Of a stretch of 64,000 bases of DNA, positions 18,422 to 28,442 are shown piece after piece. Origin of the DNA: an uncultured delta proteobacterium. GTDB taxonomy: Bacteria > Desulfobacterota > Desulfobacteria > Desulfobacterales > SG8-13. Location: assembly GCA_963779885.1 (NCBI GenBank), contig CAWAAN010000024.1, forward strand, positions 78,277 through 142,276, in the 5' to 3' direction. The translations under genes were made by a program, and so were the position numbers. Every line of letters begins with the position of its first letter. Position 1 is the first letter of the stretch. The notes beneath the pieces were generated by a model. The model saw nothing but the letters and a program-made list of their open reading frames with translations. It ran no database searches and was not told where the DNA came from.

Positions 18422-20578
18422 GTGAAAAATCCGCCCAAGATATTCAACAAGATCAACACAGCCATTCCGCTGCCGTGTCATCCCCGGGTTTTAATTGCGC
18501 TCAACCGCCTGTGCACCAGCGGGACAGCGAACTTGCGGGATATGGCCCGTTTGGCGACCATGGATCCCGCCCTGACGATTAAGCTCATGCGGCTGCCGCG
18601 GGCCGGCGACCTCATGACCTCCAGCCTCGAGGCGATCGAGCGGTGCATGGCCCGACTGGGCCCGGCAACCATCAAAAACGTTGCCCTCCTGGGCCTGAGC
18701 ACTCCGCTGTCGAATCCCTTGTTGTGGAAAACCGACGCTTATTTCAATCAGTTCTGGCTGCATTCGCTGCGCTGTGCGGTTCTCGCCCGATCGATCGGCG
18801 CGCACCTGTTGCCCGCGCTGGCCGATGAGGCCTACACCGCCGGATTGCTCCACGATGTCGGCAAGCTGCTGCTCTGGTCAAATTTTAAAAAGGACTACGA
18901 ACCGCTTTTCAAGAAGTCGGTTCAGGCCGACGGCGCTCTTCCAGCGGAAAACGACCGCATCGGCACCAACCACTGCGAAGCCGGATGGAGCGTGATCCGG
19001 GCGCTCAATACCCATCCGTTCGTGGCCGATGCGGTGTTGTATCATCACTGCCCTCTTGCGGCGGTCGTGAATGCCCTGCCGCTCGTTAAAATCGTTTTCC
19101 TCGCCAATATCCTCTGTCACCGGGAGCGCCGTACAGACCCGGTCGAACTCGCACGGACCCTCGGCCTCGATCTGCCGGTCGATCGGCTCGATCACATTTT
19201 AGCGCAGGCGCAGACCCAAACCGGGGCCCTTCTGGAAGAGGCGGGGGTGACCGCGGAAGCGCTCGAAAAAGGTCCTTCTCCCGCGGGCGATACCCGCGAC
19301 GCCGCCGTGCACGGCATCATCGGCGAATTCCGTGAGTTGTGCGTCCGGCACCTCACCTTCGAACATGCGCCCGGCGGCAGCGGGCCGGTGGCCATCCAAA
19401 AGAACCTGTGCCAAGTGTTTAACATCCTCTTCGATGTCACCGCCGCCCTGTTGTTTATCTACGATCCGCTGCGCGGCGTCCTGGTGAGCCGGCCCGCCGA
19501 AACGGCCGCCGGTCACCAGTCCGTCGAGCGGATCGAACTGCCGACGACCGCCGGCCGGAGCCTTCCCGCCCTCGCACTCGGCCATCGCCAGATTTACGAT
19601 TCTTTCGGGTACCTGACCCAAGAGGTGATCACGATCGCAGACGAACAGGTGATCCGCCTGCTGGATGCCGAGGGCATGCTGTGCCTGCCGCTGGTTCATG
19701 ACGGGCGCCCGATCGCTGTCATCTGTGCCGGCATCGACGAGCCGCGGTTCCCGCTCTTGTGGGAACAGCTGAATCTACTGACCACTTTTACCGACCAGGC
19801 TGCGGCGCTCCTCGATCCAACGCTTGCCGACGACACGCGGCCGTCCTCCGCCCGCCCAACGGGCGCGCCCCTGGATGACGAGGCCATTGGCCGCGTCCTG
19901 CACGAGGTCAACAACCCGCTGGGCATCGTCAAGAATTACCTGGCCGTGATCGGTGAAAAGATCGCCGGCCGCACCGACGTCAAGGCGGAGATCTCGCTGA
20001 TCCAGCAGGAGATCGAAAGAATCCCCGGCCTGATCGCCCAGTTGTCGGCCGCCCGCGCCAAACCCGCTGCCGGCGATGAACTCCTGGATATTAACGGCGT
20101 CATTTCCGATCTGTCGAAATTGCTGTCCGCCGCCATCCTCGAACCCGCGCACATCGCCCTGACATTCGTCCCCGAACCCAACCTGCCGCCCTGGCCCGGG
20201 AAGAAAAGCCACCTGAGCCAGGTGCTCATCAACCTGTTGATAAATTCCGCGGAAGCCATGCCCTCCGGCGGCCGCATTTTTATGACGACCGCCAGCGAGC
20301 CGGGCGCGGGAGGGACGGACGAAAGCCAGATCATCATCTCCATCCGCGACGATGGCCCCGGCATTCCCGCCCCAACCCTTGCCCGGCTCTTCGAACCCGG
20401 CGTCAGTGACAAGGGCGGCACTCATTTAGGCTTGGGCCTGTCGATCAGCAAGGAGCTTATCGACAGCTTCGGGGGGGCCATCAACTGCCGGAGCCGCGCG
20501 GGCCGCGGGACAACTTTTCGGATCAGCCTGCCGGTTTCGGTTCGCCGCCGCCGGTATCCGGACGCGAGGGACATATGA
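18422..20578 (+). CDS. HDOD-domain sensor histidine kinase
   Basis: GTG start. HDOD motifs are MARLATMDPALTIKLMRL and GLLHDVGKLLL. The H-box is HEVNNPLGIVKNY. The HATPase motifs are DDGPGIP and GLGLSISKELI. Confidence 0.85.
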   Translation: MKNPPKIFNKINTAIPLPCHPRVLIALNRLCTSGTANLRDMARLATMDPALTIKLMRLPRAGDLMTSSLEAIERCMARLGPATIKNVALLGLSTPLSNPLLWKTDAYFNQFWLHSLRCAVLARSIGAHLLPALADEAYTAGLLHDVGKLLLWSNFKKDYEPLFKKSVQADGALPAENDRIGTNHCEAGWSVIRALNTHPFVADAVLYHHCPLAAVVNALPLVKIVFLANILCHRERRTDPVELARTLGLDLPVDRLDHILAQAQTQTGALLEEAGVTAEALEKGPSPAGDTRDAAVHGIIGEFRELCVRHLTFEHAPGGSGPVAIQKNLCQVFNILFDVTAALLFIYDPLRGVLVSRPAETAAGHQSVERIELPTTAGRSLPALALGHRQIYDSFGYLTQEVITIADEQVIRLLDAEGMLCLPLVHDGRPIAVICAGIDEPRFPLLWEQLNLLTTFTDQAAALLDPTLADDTRPSSARPTGAPLDDEAIGRVLHEVNNPLGIVKNYLAVIGEKIAGRTDVKAEISLIQQEIERIPGLIAQLSAARAKPAAGDELLDINGVISDLSKLLSAAILEPAHIALTFVPEPNLPPWPGKKSHLSQVLINLLINSAEAMPSGGRIFMTTASEPGAGGTDESQIIISIRDDGPGIPAPTLARLFEPGVSDKGGTHLGLGLSISKELIDSFGGAINCRSRAGRGTTFRISLPVSVRRRRYPDARDI

Positions 20579-22527
20579 GCGAACGCGCGGCCGTCTTCGT
20601 CGTCGATGACGAACCGAGGATGTGCGAGAGTCTGAAGGCCTTGTTACAGCCGCGGGGCTACGACGTAACGGCGGCCACCTCCGGCGAAGAAGCCTTTCAG
20701 GTCATCGGGCGGCAAAACTTCGACCTTTTCCTGCTTGACATCTGCATTCCCGATCACGACGGGTTCAGGTTGATGGAGCACATTCTCAACCGGCTGCCCG
20801 ATACCCCGGTCATCATGATGACCGGCGAAGCATCGGTTGATTCCGCCGTCAAGGCCTTGCGTGAAGGCGCCTATGACTACCTGAAAAAACCGTTCGAAAC
20901 CGAAGAGCTGGTCAAAACGATCGACAATGCCCTGCGGCAGAAAATGCTCCAGGAGATCAACCAGGAAATGGAAGATCGGTTGCGGGCCTCCGAAAAGCGC
21001 TTTCGCTTCATGGTGCAACATTCTCCGGACATGATCTACACCCTGGATGCGCACGGCCGTTTTACCTTTATCAACAGCGCCGTCGAGAAACTCTTCGGCT
21101 ACCGCGCCATCGATCTTGTGGGTAAATCCTACCAGACGATGCTCTACGAAACCGACATCGACAAGGCCTGCTGGAAATTCAACGAAAGGCGCACCGGCAA
21201 ACGGGCGACCTCCGCCTTCGAACTGCGACTGAAGCCCGGACCCCGCAAGGAACCGCAGGCCGGCCGACCGAGCGACTTCGCCGTCGTCGAGTTGAATGCC
21301 ACGGGAGTATACCGCCGCGCCGGCGCCCGCCGGCAGCTGATCGGGACTTACGGCGTGGCGCGCGACAAAACGTTTCGCAAGATCCTGGAAACCCAGCTGT
21401 TGCAGGCCAAGAAAATCGAGGCGCTCGGCAATCTGGCCGGTGGTATCGCCCACGATTTCAACAACCTGCTCATGGGCATCCAGGGAATTGTCTCGTTGAT
21501 CCTGTTTAAAATGGAGGCCGGCAGCCCTTTCAGGAACCAGCTCGAAATGGTCGAACAGTATGTCCAGGACGGCGCCGGTCTGACGCGGCAGCTGCTGACA
21601 TTCGCGCGGGGCGGAGCGCTCGAAATCCAGCCCACCGATGTCAACGCCCTGCTCCAGAAGCAAAACCAGTTGTTCGGTCGCACCCGCAAGGCCATTCGGA
21701 TCACCGAGAAGCTGGCCTCCAAGGTTTTCGTGATCGAAGCCGACCCCTCCCAGATCGAACAGGTCTTCCTGAACATCTACGTCAACGCCGGACATGCCAT
21801 GCCCGCCGGGGGAGAGTTGCACGTTCAAACCGAAAACGTCCGGCTGACGGAAAAAAGTCTTCTCACCCGCGCCAGGAATCTGAAACCGGGACGCTACGTC
21901 AAGATCACAATTTCCGATACCGGCATCGGCATGGACGAATCGATCCTGCAACGGATTTTCGATCCTTTTTTTACGACCAAGAAGCTCGGCAAAGGATCGG
22001 GGCTCGGTTTGTACAGCGCTTACGGCATCATCAAGAATCACGGCGGCCATATCCAGGTGGCCAGCAAGGAAGGACGCGGCACCATCTTCACGATCTTTCT
22101 TCCGGCCACCAAGAGAAAGCTCGAGCCGTCGGCGGCCTCGTCACCGCGTCGGGTCCTGGGCCGCGAAACCGTTCTGCTGGTCGACGATGAAGACAAGATC
22201 CGCGAGGTGTGCCGCGAAGGCCTGAAGCTGCTCGGCTATTCGGTTGTGGCGGCGGAAAGCGGCGAGCGTGCCGTTGAACTCTACAAGAAGATGGGCGACG
22301 ACATCGATATCGTTGTCCTTGATATGATCATGCCCGGCCTGAGCGGCAGGGAGACATACCTGCACCTGAAGCAGATAAATCCAGAGGTCCGGGTGTTGAT
22401 TGCCAGTGGGTATTCGGTCGACATGCACAATGAGGACATCACGGGCAGCGAAAAACAGTCCATAATTCAAAAACCGTTCAAGATCGAAGACCTGTCGTTG
22501 AAAATTCAGGAAGTCATATCCAACTAA
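20575..22527 (+). CDS. hybrid sensor kinase (REC-PAS-HisKA-HATPase-REC)
   Basis: ATGA overlap with the upstream kinase. N-terminal REC (VFVVDDEP...DLFLLDICIPDHDG), PAS (MVQHSPDMIYTLDAHGRFTFIN), H-box GGIAHDFNNLL, HATPase (DTGIGMD, GSGLGL), and C-terminal REC (VLLVDDED...VVLDMIMPGLSG). Confidence 0.9.
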   Translation: MSERAAVFVVDDEPRMCESLKALLQPRGYDVTAATSGEEAFQVIGRQNFDLFLLDICIPDHDGFRLMEHILNRLPDTPVIMMTGEASVDSAVKALREGAYDYLKKPFETEELVKTIDNALRQKMLQEINQEMEDRLRASEKRFRFMVQHSPDMIYTLDAHGRFTFINSAVEKLFGYRAIDLVGKSYQTMLYETDIDKACWKFNERRTGKRATSAFELRLKPGPRKEPQAGRPSDFAVVELNATGVYRRAGARRQLIGTYGVARDKTFRKILETQLLQAKKIEALGNLAGGIAHDFNNLLMGIQGIVSLILFKMEAGSPFRNQLEMVEQYVQDGAGLTRQLLTFARGGALEIQPTDVNALLQKQNQLFGRTRKAIRITEKLASKVFVIEADPSQIEQVFLNIYVNAGHAMPAGGELHVQTENVRLTEKSLLTRARNLKPGRYVKITISDTGIGMDESILQRIFDPFFTTKKLGKGSGLGLYSAYGIIKNHGGHIQVASKEGRGTIFTIFLPATKRKLEPSAASSPRRVLGRETVLLVDDEDKIREVCREGLKLLGYSVVAAESGERAVELYKKMGDDIDIVVLDMIMPGLSGRETYLHLKQINPEVRVLIASGYSVDMHNEDITGSEKQSIIQKPFKIEDLSLKIQEVISN

Positions 22528-22670
22528 CTGCTCACCCCATAATAACGTCAGATGTCGATTGATCCCGTCCGACAGGGTTGTGAAAACTCTTTAAAAGCCC
22601 AGATATTTTCGCGCCTTGCCGGCCGGGCGTCTCAGCGCCAAAAATGGTGAACTTTTTCTTTCGTGACCCC
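22528..22670 (+). mobile_element. MITE-like palindromic repeat, copy C (shorter, gapped)
   Basis: It aligns by eye with copies A and B. The ends are CTGCTCAC...GTGACCCC, and the right half GCCTTGCCGGCCGGGCGTCTCAGCGCCAAAAATGGTGAACTTTTTCTTTCGTGACCCC is nearly identical to copy A. It is flanked by TAA (22525-22527, which is the kinase stop codon) and TAA (22671-22673). Confidence 0.65.
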
Positions 22671-22708
22671 TAAACGTCCTCCTTCTTCTTGGCGGCGGTG
22701 AAGCGGCC

Positions 22709-25700
22709 TCACTTTTCCTTGGTGCTCACAAGCAACTGGCCGGTAAACAGCATGCGGGCCGCCGCGCCGGTGTACCAGCTCCACCCGCCCCGGCCCTCGT
22801 AGCCCGGCCCGCAATAAACATCGGCCGGCTGCTGATGCGGCGGCAGGCCATAGATCGCCAGGTCTGCGAGGGCCAGGTGGCCGAGCGGTGAGATCTTGCG
22901 CCACAGACTCCGCGCTTTGGCCCGGTAATCGGCGGCGACTTTTTCTTCCCCCCGCCCCGTGGCCTCATCCGCCAGAACAAGCAGCGCATCGACCAGCCAG
23001 GACACACCGTGCGCATATTGGCCGCCGTTCTCGCGGACCCCCGGCGGATAATCGGCCAGCCGGCCGGGATAGACGGCGTCATTTTCGGTAAAAGGCGGCG
23101 CAAAGAGTTGGACGAGGGTCTCCTTTTCGAGTTCCCTCAGAGCCGTGGCCATGGCCTGCCGCCCCCTTTCCGGACCCGCGACGCCGGAGAGTATCGACCA
23201 GGCGGCCACCAGGGCGTTGGGGCGGGTCAGCGGCCGTCCACTATCGGTGTAATAGTTGACATACCGGTCTCCCAGCCACGTCGCGTCGAGGCGGTTTCTC
23301 AATGCCGCGGCTTTCGCCAGCAGCTCCTTCTGGCGGCCTTGCCCTTCTTTTTTCGCCGCCAGGTCGGCGAAGTGGGTCAAAACATCGTGAAAGAAGAATC
23401 CGAGCCAGACACTCTCGCCCCTGTTTCTGATCCCGGCCGCATCGAGGCCGTCGTTCCAGTCGCCGGCCCCCAGCAGCGGCAACCCGTGCGACCCGGTTTT
23501 CTGAAACGTGAGGTCGATCGCTTTGAGACAATGCTCATAGAGGCGCGCCGTGTCGCGGGAAGCACGCTGTGCCGCCACCTGCGTGGCGGCCTTTTTCCCC
23601 AGTGATCCGCCTTCCAGGTAAGGCGTTTTTTCGTCCAGAATTGGCCAGTCTCCCGTGGTGTTCACGTAATGGTAAACCATGTAAGGCAGCCACAGGTGAG
23701 GGTCCGAAGCCCGTCCACGGGCGCCTATGCCCGTTTTTTCCTCCCAGGATCGATGCCACCACTGCAAGACCTCCCCGCCGCGAAACTGCTGGGCGGCGTG
23801 ACGTAGAATCTGCCGGCGGGCCAGCTGGGGTTTGAGGTGAAGGAGCGGCAGGATATCCTGGAGCTGGTCGCGGAAGCCAAAGGCCCCGCTGCGCTGGTAC
23901 GGCCCCAGCCGGCCCCAGAGACGGGCCACCAGCACCTGATACGGCAGCCAGCAATTGACCAGCCGATCGAAGGCATGATCGCCGGAGCGGGCCGACGGCT
24001 CTCCGAGATATTGCCGCCACCACTGCCGGGTGTCGACAAAGGCCTGTTGAGCGGCGGAGACATCCCGAAACCTATGGATGATCTGAGCGGCGTGTTCCCG
24101 GCTGGGGGTCTGGCCGAATATAAAACTCACCGTCACTTCGCCTGAGGCGGGAACCTGCACCTCGCCGGCGAAAGCCGCGCAGCGAAAGCCGTCATCGGGC
24201 CGGCTCGCATCGGAGGTGCCGTATTGCAGCATGAAGGGATTGGTGAGGTCACGCCCGCTGCCGCCGAGGACTCTGGCCCGCACCGTCTCGAATGCGGCCG
24301 CCGTCAGACTCGTGGCGGCAAAGGCCCAGCCGCGCCAGTAGTCATTGTGAGGATTGGAGAAGAAAAGCGCGGCCAGGTCTTGGTCGTGTTCCGTGACAAT
24401 GCGGCCGCGCGTATCCACCGGCATCTCTCCCAACATGATCTGCCAATACGGTAGCACGCGATACACCAGGGGCTCTGCGGTGCGATTGCGAATCGTGAGC
24501 AGTCGGATCTCGGCCGGCTGGTCGGGTAAAACGAAATGACACATGTCAAGTTCGAGCGCCGCGCTGCGGTTTCGGGAAATCGAATAGCCCGGGCCCCAGC
24601 GCACATCGAAAAACCGGTCCTTTCTCCGCAAGGGAATGAAGGTGGGCGTATCCGCCTGGCCGGTCGTCCGGTTCAGCAGGTAGAAAACCTGCCCGGGCAG
24701 CTGCGAGGGAACCGAGTCGGTGTCAAACGGCGTCAGACCGTTTTGCTGCGAATTTTTCATGAAGGAATAGCCGGCGCCCTGGTTCGATACCACGCAGCCG
24801 TAGCCGAGGGGATTGGCCATCACATGACTCCAGGGACGGGGGGTGTGGCAGCCGACGGTCAGTTCGCCGCCGTCGGGTGCAAACCGGTAGCAAAGAGACG
24901 CGGGGTCGGCGCTGCCGGCTTTTTCCGCGGCGATGGGCCGGTTCAGGCGGCGCGTCCGGGTAAAGGCGGGCCAATCACGGGCATCCGCCGGCAGGCGCCG
25001 GCCCAGGTGTTTCGCGATGCGCGTCAAGGCCTGGTGCTCATCAACCCCATAACCGTCGACGAAGGTCACCGTGGCCGCGCCGAGCGGCGGCAGTTCGACC
25101 CGCAGGCACAGGCTGGCCACCGGGTCGAAGGTGTAGCACAGGCCTTCGTCCGCGGGGTCGCGCCGGCCGGCCGTCAGCCCCGCGGGCGCCGACAGCGTCG
25201 CGCGGCCGATGAAAAGCGAGCGGGAGTCCTGGTATCCGATGAGGGTGACCCCGTTCACGGCATCCTCTTTCACTGCGTGAAAGGCCGTCTCGGTCGAAGC
25301 CTGGCGCCCGGCCGTGTCCTTATGCGCCCGCTTGAGCCGGCGGTTGCCGGCCAGCAGGGCGCCCAGCGGACGAACGAAACGCGTGCCGATATGCAGGTGG
25401 TTGAAAAAAGGGTGGCGCTGGTAGGCGTCGGTGTTGTTCAGAGCGAACTCCTGATAACTGGTCAGCTCGATGATTCGGGGCCTGGGTTCGAGATTTCTCA
25501 ACTGCACGTGCCGGACTTCCACCGGTTCGGTCGCCCCCACGCGCAGAGTCACTGCGGCGCTAATGCCCCTTTGTTCGGTCGTCATTTCCAGGGCCAGCGG
25601 ATCGGGTTGCTCCATTCGGTAGTCGCCTTCCCGGCGCCGCACGGGGGCAAAACCAATCGACCAGAACCCAGCGGGATCCTCCGGCGCACCGGACCACTCC

Positions 25701-28150
25701 CGCAGATAAAAAAATTTGCCTCGCATCTGGAGCGGGTCATCCGGCCGGCGGGTGATATCGATCTCAAAGCCCTTTCGCAGGGCGCTGAAAACCCGGCTGT
25801 GCCCCCGGCCGTCGCCGGTGATCTCGGCCGTGTACGTGCCGTTGGACAGGACGAATTTTTCGTGTCCGTCCGGCGAAGGACGCCCCTGCGCCGCCCCTGA
25901 TAGCGGCCGAATGGCCGCCGGCGGCGACCGGCGTTTTTGGAGGGCGAAAAAAAGTCCCAGCGCACCGGCGACAAATAGAAATCCGCCCACGACATAGGTG
26001 ACCGGCGGCCAGGCGGTGGCGGCCCGCTGCGCGGCGCGTTCGGCCGAGGTTTGCCAGACGTAATTCCATTCCGCACCGCGTGGCAGGTAGAAGGGAATCA
26101 GCAGGGGCGCCCAGGTGGCAAACCGCCTCAAGCCCAGGGGCATGCAGCGGGTGCGGGCCGAATAACCGATGGCCCGGGCCGCCTTTTCGTCCAGGATGTC
26201 GACGCCGACAAAAGACAGATTGACGAGGGTGGCCACCCGCAGCCCCATGTGGTCGACCCAGATCAGAATGCGGAACCAGTCGTAGACCAGCAGGTTGAGG
26301 AAAACGTTCAGGCTCCACGCACGAAAGCTCTCGGGATCGAGGGTCCAGCTCTTGAACGTGGCCACGAGGGTCCGGATGGCGCCGTCCTGGTTGTACCAGG
26401 TCGGGTCCGGCGACATGCGCAAAAAGGAATAGATAATCGGTGCCATCCACAACCCCCACCGCAGAACGCGCACGGCCTGCTCGACCAGCCCGACCACCCC
26501 CTGGCGCGTCAACAACTCTTTCAAGGGTACGGTGCTGCGCTGGAGCATGGCATTGAGGACGACAAGGTTGATACTGAAAAGCGGCGCCGCCAGTGACCAG
26601 TTGATCACGCCCGAAAGCGCCTCGTTGTAAAGCAACCGGACACCGCCGGGAGTGTGGCCCAGGTTCAGGGCGCCCCATTTGCTGAAAAGCGGGTAAATGA
26701 CGTAATCGGCCACAGCCTTATCGGCCGCGGGATAGTAAAGTGCGGCGTATTTGAAGAACTTGCTGGTCAGCACCCGCAGCTGCAAGGTGTCGGCGTACCA
26801 GGCCAGTCCGCCGCCGGCGACGCCACCCAAAACGATCCCCAGGGCATACACCCGCCAGGCTTGGAGGCGCTGCCGTCTGCCGGTCAGCACATCGACGGCG
26901 TCCCTTAGAAAATCGACGCCCCCGTAACCCGCGGCACCGGCCAGAAACCCGAAAAAAAACCGTTCGTCGCCGCCGATCATCGGCAGGCCGTTGGCGAGGG
27001 CATCCCCGCCAAAGCCGCCCAGCACGGCCCCGCGCAGTAAATCGACGGTCTGGCGGTAATTTTGGCCGGCTCTCTGAAAAAACCGGCCGCTGCCGTCGAA
27101 GGTTTCGATGATGGTCTTTAGAAATGGGAAGACCAGGGCCCCCGCACAGGCGGAGAATATCACGGGGGCGGCCCTGGCCACTGAGACGACGGCGTCTACC
27201 CGCATCAGCACGGCCAGGAGTTGGACCATCGAAATGAACACCAGGCTGTAGACGGCCCCTTTGGAAAAACCGGACCGGAAGTGGTCGGAGCCCCAGTACC
27301 AGGTCGGCGGCTTGCCATGAAAGGCGTCCATGATCAGGCCGGTGATCAGGAAGGTCTGGCTCCAGAGACCCGCCTGGGAGAGCATGGCAAAAAAAAGGGC
27401 GGCCGGCACGGCAACGATCCAGGGCCGGCCGGCCAGGTAGGCGGCCGATCCCCAGTCGGCGAATTCCGGCGTGACGGCGGCCATCAGGGCGCTGCCCAAC
27501 AGCAGGGCGTGCACCCTCGCATCTGCGACCAAGCGCCTGACCACCAGCAGGCCGATCAGGTTGGCGACCGCCTCGTTGAACAGCCCCAAAATGACGCTGC
27601 GCCCCAGGAAAACCGGCAGCAGGGAACTGGCGGTCGCGCCGGACAGGGCCGCACCGCCGATCAGTCGCACGAGATCCGTGTTTCCGATGAGAAGCACCCC
27701 ATTGAAAAGGGAGGGAATCACCAGAATCGTGCCGGCCAGCAGCGGCGGAGGATGCCGGCCGGCAACCAACAGACGTTGCACCACGGCCAGGCTGTAGATC
27801 ATGGTAAAGAGGCTCGCGGCCAGGCCGGTCATGACGAAAGGGTCATTAAGCGTCCTGGGCACCTGCCATAGGTCGAGGCCGGCCCGCACCCAGAGCGCAA
27901 AGAGGGCCGACACGAGAAAGTCCTGAAAAGCTTCGACCCCTGTGAGCCACTTCCCGGTGAATTGCCACTTAAAGAATCCGGCCGCCAGCAGTCCGAAAAC
28001 GCCCGCCGGCAGGGCGCTCACCCACCCTTGCCCCCGAGCGGTGGCATAAATGGAGGCCGCCGCGGCCAGGGTGCCACACCAGAAAAGGGGCCCGCCGGGC
28101 ATCAGACGGTCTTTGGCAACTGCGCCTTTTTCGTGCACCTTCTCTGTCAT
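22709..28150 (-). CDS. multi-pass membrane domain fused to a GH94-family glucan phosphorylase (1,2-beta-oligoglucan phosphorylase / cyclic-glucan-synthase C-domain like)
   Basis: 1813 aa. The N-terminal ~740 aa is almost entirely hydrophobic segments. The C-terminal ~1070 aa carries GFRDQLQD, EVLQWWH, SDPHLWLP and LLGAGDWNDGLD, typical of GH94. Confidence 0.85.
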   Translation of the reverse strand: MTEKVHEKGAVAKDRLMPGGPLFWCGTLAAAASIYATARGQGWVSALPAGVFGLLAAGFFKWQFTGKWLTGVEAFQDFLVSALFALWVRAGLDLWQVPRTLNDPFVMTGLAASLFTMIYSLAVVQRLLVAGRHPPPLLAGTILVIPSLFNGVLLIGNTDLVRLIGGAALSGATASSLLPVFLGRSVILGLFNEAVANLIGLLVVRRLVADARVHALLLGSALMAAVTPEFADWGSAAYLAGRPWIVAVPAALFFAMLSQAGLWSQTFLITGLIMDAFHGKPPTWYWGSDHFRSGFSKGAVYSLVFISMVQLLAVLMRVDAVVSVARAAPVIFSACAGALVFPFLKTIIETFDGSGRFFQRAGQNYRQTVDLLRGAVLGGFGGDALANGLPMIGGDERFFFGFLAGAAGYGGVDFLRDAVDVLTGRRQRLQAWRVYALGIVLGGVAGGGLAWYADTLQLRVLTSKFFKYAALYYPAADKAVADYVIYPLFSKWGALNLGHTPGGVRLLYNEALSGVINWSLAAPLFSINLVVLNAMLQRSTVPLKELLTRQGVVGLVEQAVRVLRWGLWMAPIIYSFLRMSPDPTWYNQDGAIRTLVATFKSWTLDPESFRAWSLNVFLNLLVYDWFRILIWVDHMGLRVATLVNLSFVGVDILDEKAARAIGYSARTRCMPLGLRRFATWAPLLIPFYLPRGAEWNYVWQTSAERAAQRAATAWPPVTYVVGGFLFVAGALGLFFALQKRRSPPAAIRPLSGAAQGRPSPDGHEKFVLSNGTYTAEITGDGRGHSRVFSALRKGFEIDITRRPDDPLQMRGKFFYLREWSGAPEDPAGFWSIGFAPVRRREGDYRMEQPDPLALEMTTEQRGISAAVTLRVGATEPVEVRHVQLRNLEPRPRIIELTSYQEFALNNTDAYQRHPFFNHLHIGTRFVRPLGALLAGNRRLKRAHKDTAGRQASTETAFHAVKEDAVNGVTLIGYQDSRSLFIGRATLSAPAGLTAGRRDPADEGLCYTFDPVASLCLRVELPPLGAATVTFVDGYGVDEHQALTRIAKHLGRRLPADARDWPAFTRTRRLNRPIAAEKAGSADPASLCYRFAPDGGELTVGCHTPRPWSHVMANPLGYGCVVSNQGAGYSFMKNSQQNGLTPFDTDSVPSQLPGQVFYLLNRTTGQADTPTFIPLRRKDRFFDVRWGPGYSISRNRSAALELDMCHFVLPDQPAEIRLLTIRNRTAEPLVYRVLPYWQIMLGEMPVDTRGRIVTEHDQDLAALFFSNPHNDYWRGWAFAATSLTAAAFETVRARVLGGSGRDLTNPFMLQYGTSDASRPDDGFRCAAFAGEVQVPASGEVTVSFIFGQTPSREHAAQIIHRFRDVSAAQQAFVDTRQWWRQYLGEPSARSGDHAFDRLVNCWLPYQVLVARLWGRLGPYQRSGAFGFRDQLQDILPLLHLKPQLARRQILRHAAQQFRGGEVLQWWHRSWEEKTGIGARGRASDPHLWLPYMVYHYVNTTGDWPILDEKTPYLEGGSLGKKAATQVAAQRASRDTARLYEHCLKAIDLTFQKTGSHGLPLLGAGDWNDGLDAAGIRNRGESVWLGFFFHDVLTHFADLAAKKEGQGRQKELLAKAAALRNRLDATWLGDRYVNYYTDSGRPLTRPNALVAAWSILSGVAGPERGRQAMATALRELEKETLVQLFAPPFTENDAVYPGRLADYPPGVRENGGQYAHGVSWLVDALLVLADEATGRGEEKVAADYRAKARSLWRKISPLGHLALADLAIYGLPPHQQPADVYCGPGYEGRGGWSWYTGAAARMLFTGQLLVSTKEK

Positions 28151-28205
28151 GTCCGTTCCCGGTTCCGTCGCAAAGCATTGCTGAGACAGGAACTAAAGGT
28201 CTTGA

Positions 28206-28361
28206 GGGCTCACTCAAAAAAAGCGTCACATTCAAGACGCCGATAAATTCCGTCCTCCCGCGTTGCGAAAACTCGGAATATACAAATGTTCCTGCGTTTT
28301 CACGCCTTGACGGCCGGGCGACTCAACGCCGAAAATTGTGACCTTAATCTTTCGTGAGCCC
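28206..28361 (+). mobile_element. MITE-like palindromic repeat, copy A (156 bp)
   Basis: Terminal inverted repeats GGGCTCAC...GTGAGCCC, with TGA on both flanks (28203-28205 and 28362-28364). 125 of 156 positions are identical to the reverse complement of copy B in my ungapped manual alignment. Confidence 0.7.
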
Positions 28362-28442
28362 TGAGACCGGCAGGCGGGCGATCACCGGACAAAGCGGCTC
28401 CCGCGCGGAAACCAGCGCTTCGTTTAGTGATCGGCGGTCGCA

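Noticed and set aside
20644-22050. 468-aa ORF antisense to the hybrid kinase gene
   Set aside because: It lies entirely inside a well-supported plus-strand gene. The translation is low-complexity (Gly/Ala/Arg/Asp/Val-rich), as expected for a shadow ORF in GC-rich DNA, and no motif or SD was seen.
24536-25900. 454-aa ORF and several shorter ORFs antisense to the GH94 gene
   Set aside because: These are shadow ORFs opposite a 1813-aa gene with clear family motifs. Their composition is Arg/Gly/Ala/Pro-rich and they show no recognisable domains.
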